Of a stretch of DNA of 64,000 nt, positions 47,278-56,431 are shown in pieces. The stretch's first letter is position 1, and the number at the start of each line of letters is the position of its first letter. The stretch is from a bacterium. Its GTDB lineage: Bacteria; Patescibacteriota; Minisyncoccia; Phycocordibacterales; GCA-002787175. The stretch lies in contig JAUYKQ010000027.1 of assembly GCA_030699905.1 (NCBI GenBank), positions 1,293 through 65,292 of the forward strand, given 5' to 3'. Position numbers and translations under genes: made by a program. Under the pieces are notes generated by a model that searched no databases, was not told the DNA's origin, and was given only the letters and a program-made list of their open reading frames with translations.

Positions 47278-48681
47278 TTAAGCAACTTTGCGAATTAATG
47301 GGCCGGAGTCGGTGTCCATTACGGTGTAGCCGGCATTTTCTATTTCGTCGCGGATTTCATCCGCTTTCTTGAAATTTTTGTCTTGGCGGGCCTCTTCTCT
47401 TTTTGCCGACAAATCCCATATTTCCGCGGGAATATTTTTTTGCTCTTTTGCAAACTCTTTCGCCTGCGCTTCAAGGTCCAAACCGAGGATTTTGTCGAAC
47501 TGAATTACCGCTTTCTCAAAAGAGCTAAAAGACAAAGGATTTCGCAGTTCGGTCCAGATAAAAGAAAGAGCTCTTGGCGTATTAAGGTCGTCATACATCG
47601 CATTTTCAATATTTATTCCGAACGGGCTGTCAATTTTTTCTTTTTTGTCTGAAGACGTGAGCTCGTCCACTTTCCAAAGCAACTTGAAATAGGCGGTTTG
47701 AGCAGCTTCAAGCGCCTCCCACGAAAATGTGAGAGGCGAGCGATAATGGGCAGTGAGAAACCAGTAACGAAGCGAAAGGGGATGAATGCCTCGGGCCTTA
47801 ACGTCTTTAAGAGTTATAAATTTACCGCTGGATTTAGCCATTTTCCCTTCAGCCATGACAAGATGCTCATTGTGCACCCATACATTTGCGAGCGGTTTTT
47901 CAAAGACCGCCTCGGACTGGGCAATTTCTCCGTTGTGGTGAGTGCCGATATGGTCTACTCCGCCCGTGTGTATATCAAACGGTTGCCCCAAATATTTCTC
48001 GCTCATGGCCGAACATTCAATGTGCCAACCCGGAGTACCCCTGCCGAATTCTTCAAATTCCCAGCCGATGTCATTGAATTTCCACAATGCAAAATCGGCT
48101 TGATGCCTTTTTTCCGGATTTGACTCCACTCTCGCGCCACTTTTTAACTTGGATATTTCTATGTTTCCCAGCTTGCCATAGTTTGGAAATTTTGAAATGT
48201 CATAATAAAGTCCGTCTGATGTTTTGTACACAAAACCTTTTTCATCCAATTTGTGGATAAGAGTTTGCATTTCTTTTATATGGGCGCTTGCTCGCGGCAG
48301 CTCTTTGGGTGTGAGTATATTGAGGTCTTTTAAATCCGCGAAAAAAAGGTCAGTGTATTTGTCGGCAAGTTTGGCCATGTTTGAAATGGTAACTTCCATG
48401 CCTTCGCGTTTGAGGCCTTTTGTCATTTTATCTTCGCCTTCGTCTCCGTCACTCGCAAGATGGCCGATGTCGGTAATGTTCATCACATGATTGACTTTAT
48501 AACCGCTGTACTCCAAAGCGCGCCTCAAAGTGTCTACGAAAACGTAGGCGCGCAAGTTTCCTATGTGGGCGCAGTCATAAACAGTCGGCCCGCACGAATA
48601 AAGGCCGACTGTTTTGCCGGTTCTGTCAATCGGATGAAATTCCTCTTTTTTTCGAGTGAGAGTGTTGTAAAGTTTAATCAT
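47278..48681 (-). CDS. cysS: Cysteinyl-tRNA synthetase
   Basis: HIGN (CGPTVYDCAHIGNLR) and KMSKS-like (KMAKSSG) class I motifs. Confidence 0.95.
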   Translation of the reverse strand: MIKLYNTLTRKKEEFHPIDRTGKTVGLYSCGPTVYDCAHIGNLRAYVFVDTLRRALEYSGYKVNHVMNITDIGHLASDGDEGEDKMTKGLKREGMEVTISNMAKLADKYTDLFFADLKDLNILTPKELPRASAHIKEMQTLIHKLDEKGFVYKTSDGLYYDISKFPNYGKLGNIEISKLKSGARVESNPEKRHQADFALWKFNDIGWEFEEFGRGTPGWHIECSAMSEKYLGQPFDIHTGGVDHIGTHHNGEIAQSEAVFEKPLANVWVHNEHLVMAEGKMAKSSGKFITLKDVKARGIHPLSLRYWFLTAHYRSPLTFSWEALEAAQTAYFKLLWKVDELTSSDKKEKIDSPFGINIENAMYDDLNTPRALSFIWTELRNPLSFSSFEKAVIQFDKILGLDLEAQAKEFAKEQKNIPAEIWDLSAKREEARQDKNFKKADEIRDEIENAGYTVMDTDSGPLIRKVA

Positions 48682-48685
48682 GGAA

Positions 48686-48822
48686 CACGAAATATGTAAC
48701 TTGTAACGCCATAATATACAACGTGTAACTTGTAACGTGTAACGCCGGAAAAGAAATACTCTGACGCTACACGTTACACGCTATACGTTATACGCTACAT
48801 GTTACATGTTTCGCGTTACATG
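48686..48822. repeat. Palindromic GTAAC/GTTAC-rich element (family E), about 135 bp, with inverted ends CACGAAATATGTAAC ... GTTACATGTTTCGCG
   Basis: The left half is tandem TGTAAC(G) units; the right half is their reverse complement (CGTTACA). It lies between the divergent/convergent cysS start and corA end. Confidence 0.65.
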
Positions 48823-48823
48823 T

Positions 48824-49741
48824 CTATAGCCACTTTTTGTGTTTAAAAAACCAAAAGAAAATCACCGTTAAAATCGCCATTAGTCCCACGACAATCCAAA
48901 AATCCTGCGGATGGCCGACTATCGGAAGATTATCCGTATTCATACCGAAAACTCCGGCTATAAGGGAAAGAGGGAAAGTTATAAAAGCCATTATGGTAAG
49001 GACTTTCATTATCTCGTTCTGTTTTGTGGAAAGAAGAGAATTATTGGTCTGTCGTAGCTCTCCCAAAAAAGATCGGTTTGTTTCAATGGCCGCCTCTATA
49101 CGGTAGTACTCACCTAAAATTTTGCTCAGATAGTAAGTGAACTCCTCTCCGAAAAATCTGCGTCCGGCTATTTCAAAAGAATTCAAGACCTCTTTGTGGT
49201 TGCTGGTGGCTTGGGTAAAGCTCAAAAGCTCTCGGCTGACGTCAGAGAGCGCCCTGACCATATCTTTTTCTTGGCCGTCAAATATTTTCTCCTGAATGAC
49301 CTGCAGGGAGTCCTTTATTCCCTCCAGTTCATTCAAAAGGGACTGGTAGGCCTCGCCAATCATGTAGAAAAAAATAAATCCAGCGTGTTCTCCAGCGTTC
49401 GGTCTGTCTAAAATAGAGTTGACCTCAAAGATTTTTGAAAACTTATGCAGGGCTTCTATTTCGTCGTATCGGACCGTGATTATAAAGTCCTTGCCGATAA
49501 CGAAATCAACTTCTTTGGTTATGCCTATGTTACCTCTTTTGCTATGGAGGGTGGGGAAGTGCAAAATCAGGTAAATATAATCGGAATACAAGTCCACTCG
49601 GGGTTTAAGAGTGGGGGTGAGAAATTCTTGACCGACTATCGGGTGTATTCCGTACTCTTCAACAATCCAGCGTACTTCTTCGTCCGATGGCGATTCAAGA
49701 TCAATCCATGTGAGACGGTTATGAGTGTGAGTTGTAAGCAT
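48824..49741 (-). CDS. corA: CorA-family Mg2+/Co2+ transporter
   Basis: Two C-terminal TM helices with a GMN motif (GVFGMNT). Cytoplasmic N-terminal domain. The upstream portion of the ORF-track ORF runs into the family B repeat, so the start at MLTTH (49741) is preferred. Confidence 0.8.
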   Translation of the reverse strand: MLTTHTHNRLTWIDLESPSDEEVRWIVEEYGIHPIVGQEFLTPTLKPRVDLYSDYIYLILHFPTLHSKRGNIGITKEVDFVIGKDFIITVRYDEIEALHKFSKIFEVNSILDRPNAGEHAGFIFFYMIGEAYQSLLNELEGIKDSLQVIQEKIFDGQEKDMVRALSDVSRELLSFTQATSNHKEVLNSFEIAGRRFFGEEFTYYLSKILGEYYRIEAAIETNRSFLGELRQTNNSLLSTKQNEIMKVLTIMAFITFPLSLIAGVFGMNTDNLPIVGHPQDFWIVVGLMAILTVIFFWFFKHKKWL

Positions 49742-49774
49742 CGGCGTGGCTTTGTGTCGGCGATGGTTTTTAAA

Positions 49775-49913
49775 CTGTGAATTACGAAACGCCTGCCCCC
49801 CACGAGGGAAAGCTCCCAAAAAAGTGACCGCTCCAAGGGCGCTTGCCTAGGGCTCAGTCACTTTTTTGTGACTTTCCTCGTGGGGGGGCGACTGCCGTAT
49901 TTTGTAATTCAAG
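49775..49913. mobile_element. MITE-like element, family B copy 4
   Basis: CTGTGAATTACGAAACGCCTGCCCCCCACGAGG...GCCGTATTTTGTAATTCAAG. Confidence 0.8.
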
Positions 49914-50040
49914 ATTTTTAAACCTTTGTCGCTCGAACTTTACTTGACTTAAATTATAACTCACGGACGGCAATTCACAACTCATAACTCGGTAACCGAT
50001 TACATTCTTTTTTTTCTTTCCACAAATCCGACGACAACAA

Positions 50041-51300
50041 TTGCGCAATTATTTTAATTTTGAGATAATGAGTGGAACTATGCAAAAAGAAAGAAGTAAA
50101 AATATCGGCACCGTAGTGGGCGTGGTTATTCTTATCGCCGTTTCTTTCGGTGTGGGAGTGAATGTAGGAAACAATCAGGTTAGTTCCGTGGCTACTTCTA
50201 ATATTTTGAATGTGGACAACGGCAAGCCGGATGAGGTTGACTTCTCGCCTTTTTGGAAAGCGTGGAATATTTTGAACGAAAAATACGTTACTACCGCCAC
50301 AAGCACTTCGGACCAGCAAAAGATATGGGGAGCCATAGAAGGTTTGGCCGCTTCTTTGGGCGACCCTTACACCTCCTTTTTTCCTCCTGTTGAGAAAAAG
50401 CAATTTGATGAGGAGATAAGCGGTAACTTTGAAGGGGTCGGCATGGAGGTTGATTTGCGCGATGGAGTTCTCACGGTGGTCGCGCCTCTTAAGGGTACGC
50501 CCGCTTACAGGGCGGGAATAGAACCGGAAGACCAGATAATCAAAATTGACGACAAGCCGACTCTCGGACTTTCTGTGGAAGACGCGGTAAAAGCTATCCG
50601 CGGGCCCAAGGGCAGTACAGTAACGCTGACTATTTTCCGGCTAAAAAACGGCGAAGAACCGATAAAAGTGGAAATTGTCCGAGATGTCATAGACATTCCG
50701 TCATTGGAAACCGAAACAAAGGACGGCGTCTTTATAATCCGGCTTTACAACTTCTCCGCTCCTTCGCAGAACGATTTCAGAGAAGCTCTTCGTGAGTTTG
50801 TGGAGGCGCAAACTCCGTATCTTGTTTTGGACTTGCGTGGCAATCCCGGCGGGTACTTGGGTTCGTCCATTGACATGGCTTCTTGGTTTTTGCCTCAAGG
50901 TAAAGTCATAGTAACGGAGGATTTCGGCCAAAACAGCGAACCGCGAGTTTACAGAAGTTTGGGACGAAACGCTTTTAACAAAAATTTAAGAATGGTGATT
51001 CTCGTAAACGGAGGTACCGCCTCGGCTTCGGAAATTCTTGCCGGAGCTCTGTCGGAACACAAAATGGCTGTGCTTGTCGGCACTCAAACTTTTGGAAAAG
51101 GTTCCGTACAGGAGCTTGTTCCCGTGACGGAGGATACGGCGCTCAAAGTAACGATAGCCCGATGGCTCACGCCTAACGGACTGTCTCTTTCGGAGGGGGG
51201 GATTACTCCGGACGTGGTTGTTGAAATGACAAGAGAGGACATTGAAGCGGGCTTGGATCCGCAGTTGGACAAGGCGTTAGAGTTGGTAAAAAATATGTAG
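50041..51300 (+). CDS. ctp: Carboxyl-terminal processing protease (S41, tail-specific) with a PDZ domain
   Basis: PDZ region, GNPGGYL, and Ser/Lys dyad context (GGTASASEILAGAL...TFGKGSVQ). Confidence 0.9.
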   Translation: MRNYFNFEIMSGTMQKERSKNIGTVVGVVILIAVSFGVGVNVGNNQVSSVATSNILNVDNGKPDEVDFSPFWKAWNILNEKYVTTATSTSDQQKIWGAIEGLAASLGDPYTSFFPPVEKKQFDEEISGNFEGVGMEVDLRDGVLTVVAPLKGTPAYRAGIEPEDQIIKIDDKPTLGLSVEDAVKAIRGPKGSTVTLTIFRLKNGEEPIKVEIVRDVIDIPSLETETKDGVFIIRLYNFSAPSQNDFREALREFVEAQTPYLVLDLRGNPGGYLGSSIDMASWFLPQGKVIVTEDFGQNSEPRVYRSLGRNAFNKNLRMVILVNGGTASASEILAGALSEHKMAVLVGTQTFGKGSVQELVPVTEDTALKVTIARWLTPNGLSLSEGGITPDVVVEMTREDIEAGLDPQLDKALELVKNM

Positions 51301-51370
51301 GTCGGGAGGAACCGGCTATGATTTACGATTTATGATTCAGGATTTAGGAGAAAAGAAAATAACCAGAAGG

Positions 51371-51426
51371 GGGACAGATGGGCACCATCACTCCCGATGT
51401 CGGGAGTGATGGTGCCCATCTGTCCC
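51371..51426. repeat. Perfect 27 bp inverted repeat with a 2 nt spacer (GGGACAGATGGGCACCATCACTCCCGA tg TCGGGAGTGATGGTGCCCATCTGTCCC)
   Basis: Read directly. No following T-run, so it is unlikely to be a simple terminator. It lies about 60 nt upstream of rplI. Confidence 0.8.
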
Positions 51427-51486
51427 GAGAACGTTGTATTTAAGCGCGGTTTGTGATAGCTTAATAAGACCTAACAGAAAAACTTT

Positions 51487-51933
51487 ATGAAAGTGGTTTT
51501 GCTTAAAGACGTGCCAAAAATAGGCCGAAAATACGAGGTCAAAAATGTAGCGGATGGCTACGCTTTAAACATGCTGATTCCGAAAGGTTTGGCCGAGACG
51601 GCAACGGAGAAAGCCGTTTTACGAGCTGAAGCGGAAGCCAAAAAACTGGTGGCGGAAAGAAAACTTCAGACAACTCTTTTGGAGAAAAATCTGGAAAGCA
51701 TTAAAGACAAAATCCTGTCGGTTTCGGCAAAGGCGAACGAGCAAGGACACCTTTTCGCTTCAATACATAAAGAAGAAATAGCCAAGAGAATTGAAGAAGA
51801 GACGCGGATTGCCGTTTTGCCGGAATTTATATTTTTTGATAAGCCCATTAAAGAAATCGGAGAACACAAAGTTACCGTCAAAGTGGGAGAAAGAGAAGCG
51901 AAGATAAAAGTCACAGTTTCAGCCAAAGAATGA
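51487..51933 (+). CDS. rplI: 50S ribosomal protein L9
   Basis: [37 protein letters not shown]. Confidence 0.95.
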   Translation: MKVVLLKDVPKIGRKYEVKNVADGYALNMLIPKGLAETATEKAVLRAEAEAKKLVAERKLQTTLLEKNLESIKDKILSVSAKANEQGHLFASIHKEEIAKRIEEETRIAVLPEFIFFDKPIKEIGEHKVTVKVGEREAKIKVTVSAKE

Positions 51934-51968
51934 TAATAGCTGTAAGGTAGAAAAAATCGTATGATGTT

Positions 51969-52016
51969 AAAAACGGCGGTTATCAAAGGACTAAGTCCTT
52001 TGATAACCGCCGTTTT
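51969..52016. terminator. Bidirectional intrinsic terminator
   Basis: AAAACGGCGGTTATCAAAGGACTAAGTCCTTTGATAACCGCCGTTTTT between convergent genes. Confidence 0.75.
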
Positions 52017-52020
52017 TCTG

Positions 52021-52461
52021 TCAAAGTCCGGGGCAATTTTCTGCCGGTCGGTATCCGGCATCTTTTGCCTGTTTATCGTTTTCAAACCAAATTTTGTTTT
52101 CCTCTTTTATACGTTTGGCTCCGGAGCACCAAGGCAGATGATAAACGGAACCATTTTTAGAACCGACGAGCGCTCCGCCAATCTGGGGCTCCGGAACTCT
52201 CTGTTTTTCGTCCTCGCCTGAGGCCCTTTCCGCGAAAGCCGGAGCCGCCGCTTGAGACATTAACATATCGTCATACTCTATTTTAATAGGTGCGTAATTT
52301 TCCTTGCTTATTGAAAGGCGTCCGAGTCCGAATGAGCCAAAAGCCACTAAAATAATTATGATAGGGAATAGCGTCTCTTTGGAGATGGCAACATTTCTGG
52401 CCGTGGAGGTCGCCCTTAAAGAAGTCGCCTTGCATTTTTGAAATAAATCATGTATATTCAT
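52021..52461 (-). CDS. Membrane-anchored protein with a C-terminal Ada-like metal-binding-type domain
   Basis: N-terminal TM. The C-terminus YHLPWCSGAKRIKEENKIWFENDKQAKDAGYRPAENCPG follows the Ada N-terminal pattern (FCRPSC.AR...ENV.F....EA.AAGFRPCKRC). Confidence 0.45.
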   Translation of the reverse strand: MNIHDLFQKCKATSLRATSTARNVAISKETLFPIIIILVAFGSFGLGRLSISKENYAPIKIEYDDMLMSQAAAPAFAERASGEDEKQRVPEPQIGGALVGSKNGSVYHLPWCSGAKRIKEENKIWFENDKQAKDAGYRPAENCPGL

Positions 52462-52490
52462 GAGGTCATTATAACTAAAGATATTGAGCT

Positions 52491-52763
52491 ATGGCAACAA
52501 AAAAGGCGGGCGGTACAGCTAAAAACCTGACTGATTCACAACCAAAGTATCTTGGCGTCAAACTTTATGCCGGACAAAAAGCGGGTATTGGTTCCGTTAT
52601 TGTTCGTCAAAGAGGCACGCGGTACTTGCCCGGTAAAAACGTAGGTCTGGGAAAAGACCATACTCTTTTCGCTCTCAAGGAAGGCAAGGTCTCTTACACC
52701 AACAGGAGAAAAATCAGGTGGAACGGCGACAAACTGACCAAAAAACAAGTTCACGTTACGTAA
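52491..52763 (+). CDS. rpmA: 50S ribosomal protein L27
   Basis: [29 protein letters not shown]...[24 protein letters not shown]. Confidence 0.95.
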   Translation: MATKKAGGTAKNLTDSQPKYLGVKLYAGQKAGIGSVIVRQRGTRYLPGKNVGLGKDHTLFALKEGKVSYTNRRKIRWNGDKLTKKQVHVT

Positions 52764-52949
52764 GAACCTATCTCCAATCTCAGCGCTAAATATGGGGCCA
52801 TAAATAAGAGCTCATCCGCTAAAACGGCGCAATTTCGGCTAAAAAACTTCGCTTCGTCCTCTACATATCATGATATGCCTCGGACTCCAGCTTGTTTTTT
52901 ATCTCGAAATTGCGCCGTTTTACTCGGATGTGAGATTGGAGATAGGTTC
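52764..52949. repeat. About 185 bp imperfect palindromic element: 19 bp perfect terminal inverted repeats GAACCTATCTCCAATCTCA / TGAGATTGGAGATAGGTTC, nested TAAAACGGCGCAATTTCG repeats, and a central CATATCATGATATG palindrome
   Basis: Read directly between rpmA (+) and murE (-). Confidence 0.7.
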
Positions 52950-52955
52950 TAAAAT

Positions 52956-54278
52956 TCACGGCTGGTTTTTCAGCCGATTCAATTCTTCTCTTACGACCAC
53001 TCTGTCATCCCACGGAAGTGTTTTTCCGTTTATTGTTATTGTTTGCTCCGCTCCTTTTCCGGTTACTATGACGACGTCGCCACCCGTCGCGAGAGATAGG
53101 GCTTTGCGGATGCCTAGACGTCTGTCCAGTACAACATACAAGGTCTCTTCTCTTTTGGCTCCGGCGCTCTCTGCCGATTTGGCAATATCTTCCGCTATTT
53201 CTCTCGGGTCGTCCTCGTAGGCGTCAACGTTGCTTACGATAATAAAGTCGGCCCTCTCCGCCGCCACGCGACCCATGACGGGACGTTTGCCCTTATAACG
53301 GCCACCGCCCTCCGCGCCTAAAACCACAATGACTTTGTGGCTACCCGAGAGCAGTTTAGCGGTGAGAAGAGCGGCCTCCATTGAACGCCCCTCGTGAGCG
53401 TAGTCAACTATGGCCGTGAATGGCTCTTTTTGCACGACTTCCATTCGGCCGGGAATTGTGGCCAATTCTTTAAAACCGTTTGCTATTTTTTCGTCCGATA
53501 CGCCAAGGAAACGACCGATAGCTACGGCCGGCAGGGCGTTGTACACGTTAAAAACGCCCGGAAGACGCAAATCAAAGTTACTGCCATCTACTTTGAAAGA
53601 CACTGAAAATCCTTCGGCTTTAATGTTCTCGGCCAAGACCGACGCCCCTTCTTTTAGTCCGAAAGTTATTTTTTTGTCGGCTTTAAAAGACAAAAAATAA
53701 TTTTTTTCATCATCATCGCTGTTGACCATAATGACCTTGTCCACTTTTCTGCCGTCTATGATTTTGTGTCTGTGTTTATGGAGAGAACTAAAAATCTTTC
53801 CTTTTGCTTGTTTGTACATTTCAAAACTGCCTCCATGAGAGGGAAGATGCTCCGGAGACAAGTTTGTAAAAACCAAAAAATCATAGTTTATTCCTTTATG
53901 ACGGAACTGTTTTATGCCCTCGGAAGTGGTTTCCACAACCGCCACTTTGCAACGCTCGCTTACCATTTGCCTCAAGTATTTTTGTATTTCGCTACGGCCA
54001 AGCATGGTCATGTGATAGTCGTTTCTCAACTCCTTTTCACCGATGCGTATGTTGGCCGTTGTTAAAATTCCGGTTTTTATTCCTCCGTTTTGCAAAGCGC
54101 TCCATATGAAATTGGCTGTGCTTGTTTTACCCTTTGTTCCCGTAATGCCGATAACTATGAGTTTTTCCGACGGAAAACCGTAAAAAGCCGCTCCGCAGAC
54201 GGCCACGATGAAATGACAAACGCTTCCGTATGTCCGTCGCAGTCCAACAGGAATTATTTTTCTAAAAAAACTTCTCAT
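52956..54278 (-). CDS. murE: Mur ligase, probably UDP-MurNAc-L-Ala-D-Glu--(diamino acid) ligase MurE
   Basis: IGITGTKGKTSTANFI P-loop and Mur ligase middle and C-terminal domains. Confidence 0.75.
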   Translation of the reverse strand: MRSFFRKIIPVGLRRTYGSVCHFIVAVCGAAFYGFPSEKLIVIGITGTKGKTSTANFIWSALQNGGIKTGILTTANIRIGEKELRNDYHMTMLGRSEIQKYLRQMVSERCKVAVVETTSEGIKQFRHKGINYDFLVFTNLSPEHLPSHGGSFEMYKQAKGKIFSSLHKHRHKIIDGRKVDKVIMVNSDDDEKNYFLSFKADKKITFGLKEGASVLAENIKAEGFSVSFKVDGSNFDLRLPGVFNVYNALPAVAIGRFLGVSDEKIANGFKELATIPGRMEVVQKEPFTAIVDYAHEGRSMEAALLTAKLLSGSHKVIVVLGAEGGGRYKGKRPVMGRVAAERADFIIVSNVDAYEDDPREIAEDIAKSAESAGAKREETLYVVLDRRLGIRKALSLATGGDVVIVTGKGAEQTITINGKTLPWDDRVVVREELNRLKNQP

Positions 54279-54988
54279 TGTTTGATTTTAGCGCCGGCGG
54301 CTTCTATGGTTTTTTCTGCCAAAACAGACAGAGAGTCCAAGTATCTGCCGGCAGTTTGAGTTTGAAAGTCGCCTTTAAAGTATGATAATTCAGTGCAAGC
54401 AAATATGAGTACCTCCGCTCCTTTTTCGTAGAGTTCTTTTGTCACGATTTCAAATTTTTTCTTATCAGCTCTTCCTTCTTTTTTGATGCCCTCGTATATA
54501 AGGTTCATGAGGATTTCTTGATTTTTATCCGACGGCAAAATCACTTCCATGTCTTCCTCTTCGCAATATTTCTCGTATACCCGTCCCTCTCTTGTGCCTG
54601 TGGTTGCCAAAACTCCTATTTTTTTTGCCCCAAAAAGTTTTTTTGCGCTCCTGACACTCTCAAGAGGCATATTTATGATTGGCGCGGAGATTTCTTCTTG
54701 GATAAGGTCGTAGAAAAAGTGCGTAGTATTGCAAGGAATAACAATAACCTCTGCCCCCATTTTTTCAAGGGCCTTGGCGTCTTCTTTGACAAGGGAGAGA
54801 AACGGTTCGTATTTTTTGTTCAGTATCACATCTGTACGGTCGGGCAGGGAAGCGTGGTTATAGATTATCATGTCTATATGTTCCTGGTCTTTGGACGCTT
54901 CTGTCCTCTCCAGTATTTCTTTGAAAAAATACTCCGTGGCAAGAGGCCCCATACCGCCCAAAACTCCTACTTTTTTTCGTTCCTTCAT
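54275..54988 (-). CDS. Asp/Glu racemase-family protein (aspartate racemase-like)
   Basis: GVLGGMGPLAT and IVIPCNTTH...FACTELS motifs of the Asp/Glu/hydantoin racemase family. Overlaps the murE start by 4 nt. Confidence 0.7.
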   Translation of the reverse strand: MKERKKVGVLGGMGPLATEYFFKEILERTEASKDQEHIDMIIYNHASLPDRTDVILNKKYEPFLSLVKEDAKALEKMGAEVIVIPCNTTHFFYDLIQEEISAPIINMPLESVRSAKKLFGAKKIGVLATTGTREGRVYEKYCEEEDMEVILPSDKNQEILMNLIYEGIKKEGRADKKKFEIVTKELYEKGAEVLIFACTELSYFKGDFQTQTAGRYLDSLSVLAEKTIEAAGAKIKQ

Positions 54989-54992
54989 AAGA

Positions 54993-56207
54993 TTAAAAAT
55001 ATTTATAATACTTCCAAAAGTGACTTAAATATGACCGTACAAGATAAAGTGTCCGCCTAAAAGAGTAGTCCCCTTTGTAAAAAAGCGGATTGATAATTTG
55101 GCCTTTGGCGGAAAGTTCTTTCATTTTTTGGCGGAGCGCCAGGTCTCTAACGTGTTTGTAAGCTACCCGAAAAGGTATGACCAGCCAGAGTTTCTCGCGC
55201 GCTTTGTCGGTAAAGTCCGGAATTTTCCCGAAAATATATTCGCCCGCCACGTACTCGGCGATGTTATGCCCGCCGGCGGTTACGTAGTAGTTGCTACGGC
55301 CCTGTCTGACGTTAAGTTCAAAAATCTTAAACTTGCCGTCTCTTTCGTCGTATTTGATGTCCATATTGGAAAAACCGACAAAATGCATGTCCTCCAAAAA
55401 GCGACGAATTTTCTCTTCAAGTTCAGAGTCATTTTCATTTATAATGACTGCGTGGTTTCCAAGACCCTTTGGCGTGTGCTCCTCAAGCAGGACGTGGCCG
55501 AGGGCAGAGAGCCGGACTTTACCGTTTTTATCGCTATAGCAAGTCAGAACCCGCATTTTGGAGTCATCGCCGGGAATAAATTCCTGTATTATTAAGGAGT
55601 CATCATAGCCGGCCAAGTATATTTCCGTCAAAACCTTTTCAAGTTCCGACCGGTCGTTTAATTTATAAACTTTTTTCTGTCCGTCAAAATGGTGTTTCCA
55701 ATAGTTCACTCCGTTTGAGGGCTTTACGATAACAGGGAAGGGGAAGGGGAGGTTAAAAGAAAGACCGTCACTTTTTTTATGTACCAAAGTCGCTGGATGC
55801 GGAAGATTGTATTGGTCGCAGAGTTTGTAAAACGTCTCCTTTTTCATGAGCTTGGCCATCATCTCCTCGTCTATATAAGGGGCTATGATGTTGTCTCTCA
55901 ATCCCTTCTTATGTTTGCCGATAAGTTCCACATAAGAGTCGCCACAAGCCAAAAGAATGATTTTCTTTTCGGGGTGTTTTGAGGCGAAAGAGTTTATTAT
56001 GGTTAAAAAAAGCTTTTCGTTGTCAATTTCCGGCTCCATGTAAAAATCCGCTATTTTGCTGAAATGGCTGGGGCCTGAAGATGCCTTCCCTAAAACGGCT
56101 GATTTTACGCCATAGGCCTCGTGAAAAGCTCTGGCCACGCTGTATGTGTTTATGTCGCTTCCCAAGAGTGCCGGTATAAAGTTTTGACTCCTGAATTCCA
56201 TAGTCAA
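54993..56207 (-). CDS. ATP-grasp domain carboxylate-amine ligase
   Basis: ATP-grasp architecture (VIVKPSNGVNYWKH..., EFIPGDDSKMRVLTCY, FELNVRQGRSNYY). Immediately upstream of the racemase and murE. Confidence 0.6.
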   Translation of the reverse strand: MTMEFRSQNFIPALLGSDINTYSVARAFHEAYGVKSAVLGKASSGPSHFSKIADFYMEPEIDNEKLFLTIINSFASKHPEKKIILLACGDSYVELIGKHKKGLRDNIIAPYIDEEMMAKLMKKETFYKLCDQYNLPHPATLVHKKSDGLSFNLPFPFPVIVKPSNGVNYWKHHFDGQKKVYKLNDRSELEKVLTEIYLAGYDDSLIIQEFIPGDDSKMRVLTCYSDKNGKVRLSALGHVLLEEHTPKGLGNHAVIINENDSELEEKIRRFLEDMHFVGFSNMDIKYDERDGKFKIFELNVRQGRSNYYVTAGGHNIAEYVAGEYIFGKIPDFTDKAREKLWLVIPFRVAYKHVRDLALRQKMKELSAKGQIINPLFYKGDYSFRRTLYLVRSYLSHFWKYYKYF

Positions 56208-56284
56208 ATATTAGCATATTTTACCGCAGTTAGAGCAACTTATATGGACAGAGTGCTTCTAAAAGGTTAATATTAGTGCCGAAA

Positions 56285-56355
56285 CGGGGTGTAGTATAGT
56301 GGTAGTATTCACGATTCGGGTTCGTGAGACGGGAGTTCGACTCTCCCCACCCCGA
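56285..56355 (+). tRNA. tRNA-Pro (anticodon CGG)
   Basis: Acceptor CGGGGTG/CACCCCG, anticodon stem-loop CACGA-TTCGGGT-TCGTG, T-arm GGGAGTTCGACTCTCCC. Confidence 0.8.
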
Positions 56356-56431
56356 AATTTTAGGATTAGCATGAGAGAAGAGGTGTTGACTTTTCCACAG
56401 CAAGAAATTTCGAAAACAGTATAATTCTGTT

